Shown: in pieces, positions 1 through 9,856 of the stretch | Position numbering within the stretch: the first letter of the stretch is position 1 | Layout: every line of letters begins with the position of its first letter | Virus record (IMG/VR): IMGVR_UViG_3300043788_000023 | Span: 105,609-169,608 of that record | From: a virus | Strand: one strand, 5' to 3' | DNA length: 64,000 nucleotides | The notes under the pieces: model-generated | Database searches by the model: none | Told to the model about the DNA's origin: nothing | The model's input: only the letters and a program-made list of their open reading frames with translations | Made by a program: the position numbers and the translations under genes

Positions 1-1028
1 ATACCCCGAGGCATCTTGTACACCACGTCGCTGACGACCATGATGTCGCCGTTGGCACGGAGGATCAGGTCGCCATTCTGGATGATCGGCGTGCGTGTCA
101 TGTAGCTGCGTGAGGTGCGTGTCGTCTTGATGCCGCCCTCGTCAAGGATGCGATTGAGAGCGGAGTCGGGCGGGACGAACAGAAAATCGTACGGTCCATG
201 ATAGCCCCCGACGAACCCTGTTTCAAAGCACACGGGGCACCCAGTCTTGGGTTGCTCGCTGCCGAAGATGCAGCCGCAATGCTCTCCACGCCACATGCGG
301 AAGAAGCATAGTGCTGGCTCCCCAGTCGTCTCAAACAGATATTGGTTGCGGCGCACCATCTCTTCAAATTCCCAACTGATGTTGTCCACTTCCTGCGTGT
401 TCTTGACGACGGTGCCAGGTGCGCCAGGTGGGTGAAGCTCGCCACGGTCGCCCACGGGCACGACGGTGTAGTAAGTGCGGTTGATGGCTGTGTAGATGTC
501 AACGAAGTTCGTGAGCTTATTGAAGATCGCCTGCCAAGTCTTCACGCCGTTGTAATCCGTCACGTTGACGTTCCCGGTGTTCGCCTGCGCGGTGTCGGAC
601 ACGGCTCCGCCCGGCTTCAGCGTGTTGTCAATCAGCATCGTCACCGTACGGTCAAAACTGTTCACGGATGTCGGTCGGCGAGTCACGCCATCGGTGATGA
701 TCATCACATCGTCCGGGCTGTTGGTCGCAGTGACACGCCCCGACTTCACGGTCGTGTACGGCGTTTCGGGCAGGCGGATAACCCATTGCCCGATCTCGCC
801 CTTCTCAATGAAGTCAGACGGCTGCACATCGTACGTCACCTGCGTCAGCACAGTCATGTCACGGTAGAAATGCCCAGTGTGCGGAGCCTGATTCAGCTTG
901 ACCCAGTTGGACGGATGATCGTAAGCACGGTAGATGTTGTAGCCCTTGGTTGAATCATGGCTATCCGCCCACCACAAATCGTGCGAGCCGACGAGACCGG
1001 AATCAATGAGTAGAAGGTTTGTGACCAA
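1..1028 (-). CDS. Virion neck/head-closure-type protein, partial (runs off the left end; not in the ORF track)
   Basis: Open frame from TTG at 1028 (MVTNLLLIDSGLVGSHDLWWAD...) to the window edge. It has a CGC...CPVCFETGFVGGY motif and follows the adaptor gene directly. Confidence 0.6.
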   Translation of the reverse strand, partial: MVTNLLLIDSGLVGSHDLWWADSHDSTKGYNIYRAYDHPSNWVKLNQAPHTGHFYRDMTVLTQVTYDVQPSDFIEKGEIGQWVIRLPETPYTTVKSGRVTATNSPDDVMIITDGVTRRPTSVNSFDRTVTMLIDNTLKPGGAVSDTAQANTGNVNVTDYNGVKTWQAIFNKLTNFVDIYTAINRTYYTVVPVGDRGELHPPGAPGTVVKNTQEVDNISWEFEEMVRRNQYLFETTGEPALCFFRMWRGEHCGCIFGSEQPKTGCPVCFETGFVGGYHGPYDFLFVPPDSALNRILDEGGIKTTRTSRSYMTRTPIIQNGDLILRANGDIMVVSDVVYKMPRG

Positions 1029-1032
1029 AGCT

Positions 1033-1989
1033 TTACCCCAAGAGCCAGCGTTGCTGGCGCAGACCTGCGCTGAACGGGCGGTTCGCAGTGAGAAGCGGTG
1101 CGACGGTGTTGAACTGCTGTTGGTAAGTCTGTGCGAGTGACTGGTACAGCGCTGACTTGTTGATGTCCAGCGACACGCCGTTCAGCGAGTAACTGAACTC
1201 GTCGGCCGCCCAACGTGCGGACTCACCAGACAGGCAGTACGACGCGGCACCCAAGGCAGCGATGTTGCCCCAGTCAAACGGAATGTTGTCCAGCGTGAAA
1301 TTGAAAAAGTTCATCGGGTTGTAGACGTTCAGCGTGGAGATCGCAATGCTGAGGTTCACAAGGATCGTGGTGTCCAGCCAGATGAAGCCAACACGGGTCG
1401 TGTAATTGGAAACCACCTTGCCGGGTGTCGGCGGGCGGAAGTGGTAGTTCCTGTCCGGGTTCGTGTCAGCGATAAGTTCACGCACCACACGGATAGCCTG
1501 CGCATACATCGCTGGCGTCGTTCTTGCGGAGGCGATGGAAAGCTGCTTGCCGATGATCATTGACGGGGCTTCAAACGCCGGGTCAGCCGGGTCAATGGAC
1601 TGGACGATGAAGTCCATGTGGACGTAGTTTGCCGGGCAGTTGGCGGCGTACTGCTGAAGCTGCCAGACGATCTTGTAGATGCCCTGTCCCCACACGGTCG
1701 GGATAGTGAACTTGGCGTAGTAGGTGCCGAGGCTGGCACGGATCGGAATCTGACCAGGCGGAATTACGAGCGTTGAGCCTTCCGGGGGAAGCGGGGGTCC
1801 GCCTTCCATGTTGAGCGGCTGGTGCAGGTCGTACTCGTACGCCACCGTGGGCTTGGTCGGCACCAAGTCCCGCAACTTGAACACACTGTAGCTGATGTTG
1901 ACTGGATCAACCAGATTTCCCTGCGCGTCGCGGACTAGGATCGCCAAGTCCTGCGTTCCGGTCTGTTGTCCTTTGGTTAAAACGATCAT
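1033..1989 (-). CDS. Putative head-tail adaptor/neck protein
   Basis: 318-aa ORF. The C-terminal 'VRELIAD...FSYSLNGVSLDINKS.LYQ' resembles jumbo-phage neck proteins. Confidence 0.5.
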   Translation of the reverse strand: MIVLTKGQQTGTQDLAILVRDAQGNLVDPVNISYSVFKLRDLVPTKPTVAYEYDLHQPLNMEGGPPLPPEGSTLVIPPGQIPIRASLGTYYAKFTIPTVWGQGIYKIVWQLQQYAANCPANYVHMDFIVQSIDPADPAFEAPSMIIGKQLSIASARTTPAMYAQAIRVVRELIADTNPDRNYHFRPPTPGKVVSNYTTRVGFIWLDTTILVNLSIAISTLNVYNPMNFFNFTLDNIPFDWGNIAALGAASYCLSGESARWAADEFSYSLNGVSLDINKSALYQSLAQTYQQQFNTVAPLLTANRPFSAGLRQQRWLLG

Positions 1990-2030
1990 GGAAAGGTCTG
2001 CTCCTACCCTAGATTTGCGTATTTATTTGT

Positions 2031-2600
2031 ATGATCCTCATTGACTTGTACGGTGGACCGGGTGCTGGGAAAACGACCCTCTCGTTCTATCTCATGTATC
2101 GCCTCAAGATGGCTGGAATCCGGGCTGAACTGGTCGGCGAAGCCGCCCGTGAGCACCACATCTACGACTCCATGCCGGGCAACGTCGCACCACCGCTGCT
2201 TGACAACCAAGTCCTCTTGGCCGGACAGCAGTTTGAACGCATTCTGCGGTTGCAGCGTCATGACTTTGAAGTCGCCGTCAACGACTCGCCGCTGATCCAA
2301 GGCATGCTTTACTGCGAAGGGCAGGCGTACCACGATCACCTGAAGAAAACCATCCGGTCTTTGGAGCCGTATTTTGAAACCTACAAGGTCATGATCCATC
2401 CACGACCCGGCAGCTATGACCCGGAGAGCCGGGTGCAGCGCACAGAGAAAGAAGCACGGGCGCTGGATGCGACGGTCGTCAAATTGGCAAAGGGGAAGTT
2501 CTGGTCGGAAGTTGGCTGGGAAGACTGGGACACGCTGGGCGACGCTGTCGTCGCCTTGGCTCTGTTGAAGCGAAAGAAAAAGAAGACTAGCCGTAAGTGA
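2031..2600 (+). CDS. P-loop nucleotide kinase-like protein (NadR/AAA_28 type)
   Basis: Walker A GGPGAGKT, ELVGEAARE, VNDSPL, and R..RVQ lid. Confidence 0.75.
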   Translation: MILIDLYGGPGAGKTTLSFYLMYRLKMAGIRAELVGEAAREHHIYDSMPGNVAPPLLDNQVLLAGQQFERILRLQRHDFEVAVNDSPLIQGMLYCEGQAYHDHLKKTIRSLEPYFETYKVMIHPRPGSYDPESRVQRTEKEARALDATVVKLAKGKFWSEVGWEDWDTLGDAVVALALLKRKKKKTSRK

Positions 2601-3153
2601 TCCTCTCTTTTGATTCCATCAGGTTCTTGATCCACTCAAAGATGTTGTTCACGCCTATCGTGCCGTCTACGCGGTAAAGTTGCGCCTCACGGTCGTAGTA
2701 GCCGATCAACGGGGCGGTGCGGGTTGCGTATTCTTCCATGCGTTCGCCAATAGTCCCCGCGTTGTCGTCGGGACGTCCCTCGTTACGAGCCGCAATGCGG
2801 CGGAGAACTTCCTCCTCCGGTACTTGGAGCAGGATCGCGAGGGGATGCCCGTAGTGAGCGTAGTACCATTCCGCTTGCGTGACAGTGCGGGGATAACCAT
2901 CAAGAATGTAGCCGTCTTCGCAGTCTTCTTGCCCCAAGCGGGAAGTGATCAGGTCCTCCATCAGGTTGTCCGGCACAAGCAGACCCTTGTCAAGAGTCTC
3001 CTTGACAGCCATACCGAGGATGCTTCGTCGCTGGACATTGAAGCGCAGTATTTCTCCGGTGGAGATGTGGGGAATTCCAAAGTAGGCGGACAGGAGCTTT
3101 CCCTGAGTGCCCTTGCCAGAACCAGGCGATCCGATCAGGACAACGGGCATCAT
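2587..3153 (-). CDS. adk: Adenylate kinase
   Basis: GSPGSGKGTQ, HISTGEILR, GYILDGYPRT..QA, R.DD motifs. Start trimmed to the ATG at 3153. Ends in TAG. Confidence 0.92.
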   Translation of the reverse strand: MMPVVLIGSPGSGKGTQGKLLSAYFGIPHISTGEILRFNVQRRSILGMAVKETLDKGLLVPDNLMEDLITSRLGQEDCEDGYILDGYPRTVTQAEWYYAHYGHPLAILLQVPEEEVLRRIAARNEGRPDDNAGTIGERMEEYATRTAPLIGYYDREAQLYRVDGTIGVNNIFEWIKNLMESKERITYG

Positions 3154-3338
3154 GCGTTCCATCCTGCGAAGAACGCCTTCCAAGCGTTCTCGGTGTACGG
3201 CGAAACGTATTCACCGTTGGCGCACTGATCCAGCGAGTACCAGATAGGCTTGACGCCTTCCCTCGTCCAGAACTCAAACTCGGCGCGAGCCTTCTTTTCG
3301 TTCTTTTGTTCAGATGTCATTTCGTCTCCGTGCCGCAA
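3150..3338 (-). CDS. Small hypothetical phage protein
   Basis: ORF overlaps both neighbours by a few bases; 'Y....T..AW..F.AGW' motif. Confidence 0.55.
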   Translation of the reverse strand: MRHGDEMTSEQKNEKKARAEFEFWTREGVKPIWYSLDQCANGEYVSPYTENAWKAFFAGWNA

Positions 3339-3613
3339 GTCGTGTCGCCCGGTGGTAAGAATGCAACACCGATGTCATGGATTCCCTTGACGACATGATC
3401 TTTGTGTTTCTCGTCAGTCCAATAAACATTGTACGTGTTGAAGGTGATCTGTTCAATGACCACCTCATTGTAGCAGGCGTGGGCGGTGCCGTTGCCCGGA
3501 TTCACGGTGATCAAAGCCGGAGTTGAGTAATGAGTGAGCGACCCGCCCGCAGGCGGTTTGGAACTGCCGCAGCCTACAAGAACCAGTAAGAAAACCAACA
3601 GTGTCTTTTTCAC
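3317..3613 (-). CDS. Putative lipoprotein
   Basis: MKKTLLVFLLVLVGC lipobox signal. Confidence 0.65.
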   Translation of the reverse strand: MKKTLLVFLLVLVGCGSSKPPAGGSLTHYSTPALITVNPGNGTAHACYNEVVIEQITFNTYNVYWTDEKHKDHVVKGIHDIGVAFLPPGDTTCGTETK

Positions 3614-4440
3614 TTGTCCCCCGGATAGTTGCTGCGTGGTCTGCCTTCACCGAGGCGGACACGTTCGTACTTGTCAAACTCACAAAGGCAGTTCTGCAAA
3701 TCCTGCGCGTGCAGCGGAGGCATGCCCGCAGCCTGTATCATTGGAAGGATTGCGGCTCTCAGCCCGCAGAGGGTGACGAACCATTCGCCCTCTTTCCAGT
3801 TCTGATTGACGGGTCGCCCCATGACACGGTTCAAGCCACGCTTGCTGCCCGGTCCCTCAACGGCGAACTCCCACCAGTCCAGCGCGGTGTCCAGCATGCG
3901 TGTGTACTTGGTGTCGCACACGATCTGCCCCGCCATGAAGCTGCCGATGCCGTTGAACTCAGTCAGACGCTTCTGCAAATGGGCGCAGCTTCTCGTCTCG
4001 CCAATGTAATCCCGTCGTTCCCACAGCGGGGTAAGAATGTTGTCGGCGATGTGAGCAACCTTGGAGCCGCCCTTCCCGGCGTGGATCATGTATGCGCCCG
4101 TCCAAACCTTTTTGCCTGTGTCCGTCAAGCGCTGCATCACCGCCTTGAAGCCGTGACCCTGTCCCCACGGCACGGGGTAGCCTATCTCGGCGAGTGTGTC
4201 GGGCCAATTGACGTAGCGGGCGACTGCCATTGCGAACCACACATCGGGGTCGTTTGTGTTCGGATCACGCCAGTTTTCCTTGATCCATTGAGTGACGGTG
4301 TCGTCCTCGCGGTAGACGTTGCAGAAGCGGTAGTTCTGGAGGATGGGGTCTTGAGTCCAAGGCTTGGGCAAGCCCTGCTTGCGGTGCTGGAGCACGGCGT
4401 AGCGCTCGCTTACGAATCGGAAGAGGTCTTCGGTGCGCAC
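3610..4440 (-). CDS. aGPT-Pplase1-family (amino acid:DNA transferase-like) thymidine hypermodification protein
   Basis: PWTQDPIL.NYRFCNVYREDD.VT.WI, HhH-like GIGSFMAGQIV.D, GPGSKRGL, QNCLCEFDKY.R. Confidence 0.8.
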   Translation of the reverse strand: MRTEDLFRFVSERYAVLQHRKQGLPKPWTQDPILQNYRFCNVYREDDTVTQWIKENWRDPNTNDPDVWFAMAVARYVNWPDTLAEIGYPVPWGQGHGFKAVMQRLTDTGKKVWTGAYMIHAGKGGSKVAHIADNILTPLWERRDYIGETRSCAHLQKRLTEFNGIGSFMAGQIVCDTKYTRMLDTALDWWEFAVEGPGSKRGLNRVMGRPVNQNWKEGEWFVTLCGLRAAILPMIQAAGMPPLHAQDLQNCLCEFDKYERVRLGEGRPRSNYPGDK

Positions 4441-4671
4441 TTACTCATTATGCCCCGAGGGGGAAGCAATGTCAATCAGGGCGTTATCCTCAACGAAGTC
4501 GTAATGCTCGGCGCACAGCCAGATGCCGTCACGCTTGATTGAAGCCGGGGCGTCACAAAAGCCGTAAGGCGAGTCGTCCCCAGAGTTGTGGCAACGCCCG
4601 GCACCTGAAGCATTCAAAGCTTCGCAGGTTCCGACGCTGGCACCACCAGTGATGAACTGACAGCGGTTCAT
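4441..4671 (-). CDS. Small Cys/His zinc-finger-like protein
   Basis: CQF...CDAPASIK...WLCAEHYD; paralogous to 35232..35438. Confidence 0.6.
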   Translation of the reverse strand: MNRCQFITGGASVGTCEALNASGAGRCHNSGDDSPYGFCDAPASIKRDGIWLCAEHYDFVEDNALIDIASPSGHNE

Positions 4672-4862
4672 GACGGGATTTTGTTCAGCACCAGCCAGTG
4701 GTCAGCTTCGCAGTCCTTGGCGAGGCGAATCAGCATGGAAGCGTGTGTCTCGCAAAGCTGCACAAGCTCGCCGTCGTGCTTCTTCAGGGTAGTAGTAGCG
4801 GGGTTCTCGCAGGTGAACTTCCTAGCATCATTGTCAGCGACGGTGAATTTGCAAGTAGCCAT
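4668..4862 (-). CDS. Small zinc-finger-like protein
   Basis: CKF...CENPA...LCETH; ATGA overlap with the next gene. Confidence 0.55.
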   Translation of the reverse strand: MATCKFTVADNDARKFTCENPATTTLKKHDGELVQLCETHASMLIRLAKDCEADHWLVLNKIPS

Positions 4863-4865
4863 GGA

Positions 4866-5171
4866 TTAGCCCACAGGGTATAGGTTGCCGATCATGTCCG
4901 AAATCTGCTTGTATTCCGGTATGTCGCCGTTCTGCCAAATCTTCAGTTCTTCATACGGGCGGGTCACACGGACATCAAATTCGGCGGCTACTTTCTGGAG
5001 GACTCCTGCCACGGCGTTGATCTCTTCGTAGTTCAGCCCCTTGGCAAGCAGAAACTTTGCGGCAAGCCGTGTGATCGCGTAATTGAGATCGCCCACAGTC
5101 TCAAGCTGTTCAGACAGGGACTCTACGCATGGGTCAATGGGTTTCCGGTCGGATGGTTGTATGTACGGCAT
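4866..5171 (-). CDS. Conserved phage protein (DUF6899-like)
   Basis: MPYI...R, GDLNY.IT.L, E..R...PYE..KI..NGD pattern. Confidence 0.65.
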   Translation of the reverse strand: MPYIQPSDRKPIDPCVESLSEQLETVGDLNYAITRLAAKFLLAKGLNYEEINAVAGVLQKVAAEFDVRVTRPYEELKIWQNGDIPEYKQISDMIGNLYPVG

Positions 5172-5965
5172 TAGTTCACCTTTCTCCACGTCGCGCCTTC
5201 CATGACGTTGCTTTCGGTTTCGTAAACTGCCGATGGCTGGTAGGACTTTCGTAGTTCCTCGGGCAGTTCAAGCATCAGGGAATAGGCGATGATACTGTAG
5301 CCCAGTAGGTCACGAGCGCTGTCCTCACGCTTCTCAAAGTTTCCGGCACGATTGTCAGCCTTGAGTTGAGCGTACCGGGCGATCTTGTCCCACAGCCTGG
5401 GCAGGATACCTGGAAGGCCGTGCCTGCGGAAACTCTCGCCGTAATCCTGCGCCTTGGGGTGTAGGAATTCGCATGCAGCAGCGACACGTTCCCTGACAAG
5501 CTGTTCCGTGCTGTGGATGTCCTGAAGCTGGGCGTCGGTGAGTGCTTTTTCTTCCATCAGCACGAGCAGTGCCGATGTGTAAACCAAGAAGTGAAGGCCT
5601 TGCTCAACCATGTGGAGAAACATCGGAGACCACTTAGACGGCGGGGTGTTGCGGTTGTGCTCAATCAGGCTCTCAACCACAATGAAGCGGTAGAGCCACT
5701 GGAGCGCTATGTGCCCGAGGCTGCACGGCACGGCATCAAGCTCCGGCATGACGGTTTCTTTATCCAGTTGAGTGTCAATCCTGTCCCCGGCGATGTACCC
5801 TACGCCGTTCAGGTAGGAAAGCTGGTCAGCGGATTGAAGAAGCTCTCTAGCTTCCTTTGCGCTGATATGGGTGGGGAGGTTCTCAATCACTGGCTTCCAG
5901 CCGTCGCCGCGAACCATCAGGCTTCGGCGTACCTCTTGCCAGAAGGGGGTAGTTTCATCGCTCAT
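5171..5965 (-). CDS. Nucleotide-modification-associated domain 1 (DUF1599/Nmad1-like) protein
   Basis: C-terminal K..DYGESF...G..G...RL.DK..R...E...DS..DL.GY. Confidence 0.7.
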   Translation of the reverse strand: MSDETTPFWQEVRRSLMVRGDGWKPVIENLPTHISAKEARELLQSADQLSYLNGVGYIAGDRIDTQLDKETVMPELDAVPCSLGHIALQWLYRFIVVESLIEHNRNTPPSKWSPMFLHMVEQGLHFLVYTSALLVLMEEKALTDAQLQDIHSTEQLVRERVAAACEFLHPKAQDYGESFRRHGLPGILPRLWDKIARYAQLKADNRAGNFEKREDSARDLLGYSIIAYSLMLELPEELRKSYQPSAVYETESNVMEGATWRKVN

Positions 5966-5983
5966 ACCCCTTAATACTGCGAT

Positions 5984-6175
5984 TTAAGCTTCGTCTTCGT
6001 CGTCGCAGTTACATTGCACGACTGGGGAGGGGGCGGGATACTTTCCTGTCACCGACCGGACGAGCTTGATCACGAAGTCGCAAAGAATGCCTAAACCGAA
6101 CAGAATAAAGCACCCGGTGATGAAAGCGTGACCGGGGTACCTAGCTATCCAGTCTAGAATGTCGTTTAGATTCAT
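5984..6175 (-). CDS. Small membrane protein
   Basis: One hydrophobic segment; SD GAGGA upstream. Confidence 0.55.
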   Translation of the reverse strand: MNLNDILDWIARYPGHAFITGCFILFGLGILCDFVIKLVRSVTGKYPAPSPVVQCNCDDEDEA

Positions 6176-6422
6176 CTATCCTCACAAAGAAGTCAATGGC
6201 ATCACGCAACGTGCCCTCTTCGTTCTCAAGCCGCCAGTACACGTCTTGCAGCCTGCTATGGTTTGCGGCTAGCCAATCCATCCTGTCGCTGTCGTCCAAT
6301 TCTCACCTTCCCGAAGTACCTGATCTTGCCCTCTTTCGCCGCCTTGTTGATCTGGTGGCTAGCCCACAGGGTCATGACGATCCCCACGGAACCCAGGCTG
6401 ATGATGAAAATATCGTAGAGCA

Positions 6423-8228
6423 TCAATGGGACTCTACGCCAGAACCACCCGAGAACTGGGAAGCGGAGGCGGCTCTCGCTCTCGGCTTACGGGACTTCCT
6501 GATCGCCTTCAGTTTCTCTGGGATCACGGGTGCTGTGTCCTTCGTGTGCTTCATGTCGGTCTCAAAGCTCACGGAAGCCGTCACGGCACGCTTGAGGTCT
6601 CCGATGTTGATCGTCCGGTTCTTGGACTTCGCGAGCGTCATCGCCATGCGGATTGAGTTCTTGATCTGGCGACCGTTCACGTCGTAGCTGGAAAGCTCCG
6701 CAGCCCACTCCGGGTTGAGACCCGCAGCACCGAGGAGGTTCGTCCACACCTTCTGCGCTTTGCCTTCCTTCTTATAGTGCAGGGCGACGGAGATGCGGCT
6801 GTAGAACGCTTGGTCAATCTTCCGCACACGGTTGGTCGTGAGGAAGAGCACACCGTTGTGATACTCAAGCAGGCGCAGGAACACGCCCACCATTGCGTTG
6901 CGTTCAATGTTGTGCTCGTCACGCTCTTCAAGGAAGATGTCTGCCTCGTCAAGCAGGAGCACGGCGTCCCAGATGACGGCGACGTCAAGGATGTTGCGCA
7001 GCTTCTTTTCCAGCGTGTCGGTGCTGGTGCCGAGTTCGCCGACGCCAACGGAGTACAGAGGCTTGTGGAGGAGTTCTGCCACGGCTTCTGCCGAGGCGGT
7101 CTTGCCCCAGCCCGGAGGCCCGTGAAGCAGGAAGATCGTCCCGCCGCCTTTGCCCTCAATGATGTCTTGGAAGCCCGATCCGTGGAACTTGACAAGCGAG
7201 TAGATCAAGTCCTTCTTGTCTTCCTCCACGACGAGTTTGTCCCATGCGTCATCACGCCACTGGATGTCGGTCATGCCGTCAAGGTCAAGCTTGCCCCACT
7301 GCTTCACAGCGAGGGAGAACCCGTAAAGCTGCGGTAGGCAGCGCCAGTAATCCTTATCCGCGATGTCAGTGTTGGCACGAACCTGACCACCACGCTGGCG
7401 TTCCTCTTCAATCTGGACGCCGCAGCGTGCGACGCAGGAGCGCCAGACTTCAGGTTCTTGGCGTTCAAACGAGATCGGATCAATGACGACACGACCGTCA
7501 GCACGGAACGTGCGGGCGTTCCACCAGCTAGGCTGTTCCAGCGTGCCCTTGTAGGCAACGTAGGTACCCGGCTTGAGGAAGCGTGCGAACCGCTTGCCAC
7601 GTTCCGTCAAGAACGCTCTGTCCTTTTTCGTCACGGGACGCACGGGCAGGTCTGCCAGCGGTATGAGACCACGAAAGCCCGGCATTGAGTACGAGTACAA
7701 GCCCTGTGCGACCTCGCCCTTGACGGCGTGGACGACACTGATTGTGAACTCCCAGTAGACGCCCGCGAAGAAGGAGCGCTGGAGCTTCACGGACTTCACG
7801 ATGCCGCCAATCAGACCCTCGTCGTAGGTCTTCGCCACGATCTCGGTGCCAGCAGGGAACACGGTCTCTATGTCGCTCATCTCAACGAGACCCTTTTCCT
7901 TGCGTTTCTCGTAGGAGGTGACACGGCGCTGTTTCTCTTCTTGCAGGATGGTGATGAGCGTGCCCTTGGACGGGTGATTGATGTGGTTGATGAGGTCAAT
8001 ATAGTCGGCGAGAAAAGCAACGGGGTAGCGGTGTCCGAATTCCTCAACCATTTCTTCTTCAAGAGAATTGGTCAGATAGGACCAGACGTAGTCACGCATG
8101 CCGCCAAACTTCGGGTCACGCATGTCAATGAACTTGTGCCCACGGTCTTCAAGAAGCTGGAACCCGGCGTTTTTGGAAACGACGACTGGCTTCTCGTTGT
8201 AGGTGTAGTACTCGTAGCTTCTTGCCAA
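6423..8228 (-). CDS. AAA+ ATPase
   Basis: Walker A HGPPGWGKT, Walker B LLLDEAD, FLRLLEY..G.LFLTTNR, D.AF.SRI. Confidence 0.9.
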   Translation of the reverse strand: MARSYEYYTYNEKPVVVSKNAGFQLLEDRGHKFIDMRDPKFGGMRDYVWSYLTNSLEEEMVEEFGHRYPVAFLADYIDLINHINHPSKGTLITILQEEKQRRVTSYEKRKEKGLVEMSDIETVFPAGTEIVAKTYDEGLIGGIVKSVKLQRSFFAGVYWEFTISVVHAVKGEVAQGLYSYSMPGFRGLIPLADLPVRPVTKKDRAFLTERGKRFARFLKPGTYVAYKGTLEQPSWWNARTFRADGRVVIDPISFERQEPEVWRSCVARCGVQIEEERQRGGQVRANTDIADKDYWRCLPQLYGFSLAVKQWGKLDLDGMTDIQWRDDAWDKLVVEEDKKDLIYSLVKFHGSGFQDIIEGKGGGTIFLLHGPPGWGKTASAEAVAELLHKPLYSVGVGELGTSTDTLEKKLRNILDVAVIWDAVLLLDEADIFLEERDEHNIERNAMVGVFLRLLEYHNGVLFLTTNRVRKIDQAFYSRISVALHYKKEGKAQKVWTNLLGAAGLNPEWAAELSSYDVNGRQIKNSIRMAMTLAKSKNRTINIGDLKRAVTASVSFETDMKHTKDTAPVIPEKLKAIRKSRKPRARAASASQFSGGSGVESH

Positions 8229-8248
8229 AGGAGTAACCTCTCAAGTGA

Positions 8249-8277
8249 GCATAACCCCCTTGGCGGGGAACGTCAAG
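8249..8277 (-). promoter_or_regulatory. sigma70-like promoter of the AAA ATPase gene
   Basis: TTGACG-17 nt-TATGCT on the minus strand. Confidence 0.55.
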
Positions 8278-8386
8278 CGGCGGCCGTTATGGTTTATCTC
8301 CGCCCATCAGCCGGAAAAAAGACCGGAGCGCCCACGCACCTGCGAAGGCCACCCCGGTCCACATCAATGCTTCGGGCCAGTTCAAA

Positions 8387-9856
8387 CTAAACTCCCACAC
8401 CGTTCGCTTGGGCGTATTCCGCACCCTGCTCGTCCGCGATCTTGCGGATTTCGTCAAGGTTCTGGAAGCGCTTCATCTCGCCGTTGAGAAAAACCGTCTC
8501 AAGGCGGTCAAACGGGTAAGGGACATCACGATTTGAATTCACCACAGTCGCCCAGCGACCACGATCCTGCTTGAGCAGTACGAGGCGTCCGCCCTTGCTT
8601 GCCTTGCCCTTGTCGGTGGACGGGTCCTTGGACACCGGGATGTCCTTGCCGTCAATCACCGCGTTGCAAAGCTTGATGGCGAACTTCTGGGTGTCACGGT
8701 TGACCTTCTGGAGTAAGCCGCCTCCCATACCGCAGACGATGTTCTCGGTTGACCAGTGTGCTGCCTTGATGGCACGAAGCAGCGAGTGGATGGAGTACAA
8801 GTCCATACCGTCTCCCCACAGGGTGCCGATGCACGGGGCAAGAACCTTGTAGCCCTTGCCGTTCTCACGGGTGCCGAAGCTCTCGGCGAAGATGTCAAAC
8901 AGTTGGGGAACCTGAGTGGTCGGATCGCCGGAGTCCGGTCGGCAAACCACCTTGCCCTCACGAGCACGAATCAGATCACGAAACTCTCGTCCGAGAATTT
9001 CCTTTGCGAAGTTGAAGATGTTGTAGGAGTCGCCCACAAGGCTGATGATGCCCTTGGGGTACTTACGCAGCGCGGCTCCGACTTGCTCCGCTTCGCCAGC
9101 GCGACCCTTGATGGTGAACATTGAGTGCTCGGTCGCCGGGACGCTGTACATTGAGACGCGAGGAGCACCGTAGTACTGGTGCGTGTAGTCCATGCCGACC
9201 ATCGTATCGCTACCGAGAAAGTTGATGCCGTGCGCTGCGCCGCCACGCCCAGCCGCCTGCACGCATTCCACGCCCCGGAAGCCGAAGTCGTGAAGCTGGA
9301 AGGGGAGAGCCGCCAAGGTGTCGGCTGTTTCCTCAAGAAACTTGCGGAAGAGTTCTTTGCACATGCGTGACTTGGTCGCAACCGTGGTGCCGTACCAAGC
9401 GTGTTGGAGAACAGTCTCCATCCACTGCCCGATTCCCGGCACCCGCTGATCTGTGGAGCGGACGGTGTAGAGAACATTGCTGACCGGAACGATGCTGCCT
9501 TCTTTGACCGCTTTGATCTCAACCGGGAGCCGCCCGTCATACTTGTCCAGAATGTATTTCCAGTCGTCGTAGTGGAACGGGAAGCCCTCGTAGAAGTGGG
9601 CTTGGGTGTCTTCCTGCATGTCGTTCAGGTTTTGCAGGGTGAAGAACTTGCCGATGAAATGCTCAATCAAGAGACCTTGAAGCCCGAAGAACTGGGTGTA
9701 CGGAAACTCGCCGCCACGAGATTCAAAGTAGGCGAGCAACTCCTGCACAGCCGCTTCGTAAAAATGGGTGTTCTTGTAGCTGTCCGCCAAGTGGAGCGGG
9801 TTGGGGTCAAACGGTATCGGTGCAGCGTAAGACAAAGTCGGGTTATACACTTGCAT
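8387..9856 (-). CDS. nadV: Nicotinamide phosphoribosyltransferase (NAMPT)
   Basis: DSYK..H, LHDFGFRG, F.GSDT, SVPATEHS, DSY, RPDSGDP, GDG, GGGLLQKVNRDTQKFA.K. Confidence 0.95.
   Translation of the reverse strand: MQVYNPTLSYAAPIPFDPNPLHLADSYKNTHFYEAAVQELLAYFESRGGEFPYTQFFGLQGLLIEHFIGKFFTLQNLNDMQEDTQAHFYEGFPFHYDDWKYILDKYDGRLPVEIKAVKEGSIVPVSNVLYTVRSTDQRVPGIGQWMETVLQHAWYGTTVATKSRMCKELFRKFLEETADTLAALPFQLHDFGFRGVECVQAAGRGGAAHGINFLGSDTMVGMDYTHQYYGAPRVSMYSVPATEHSMFTIKGRAGEAEQVGAALRKYPKGIISLVGDSYNIFNFAKEILGREFRDLIRAREGKVVCRPDSGDPTTQVPQLFDIFAESFGTRENGKGYKVLAPCIGTLWGDGMDLYSIHSLLRAIKAAHWSTENIVCGMGGGLLQKVNRDTQKFAIKLCNAVIDGKDIPVSKDPSTDKGKASKGGRLVLLKQDRGRWATVVNSNRDVPYPFDRLETVFLNGEMKRFQNLDEIRKIADEQGAEYAQANGVGV

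Noticed and set aside
98-1213. ORFs 98..502, 342..953 and 893..1213
   Set aside because: They are shadows of the real minus-strand frame, which starts at 1028 and runs off the window.
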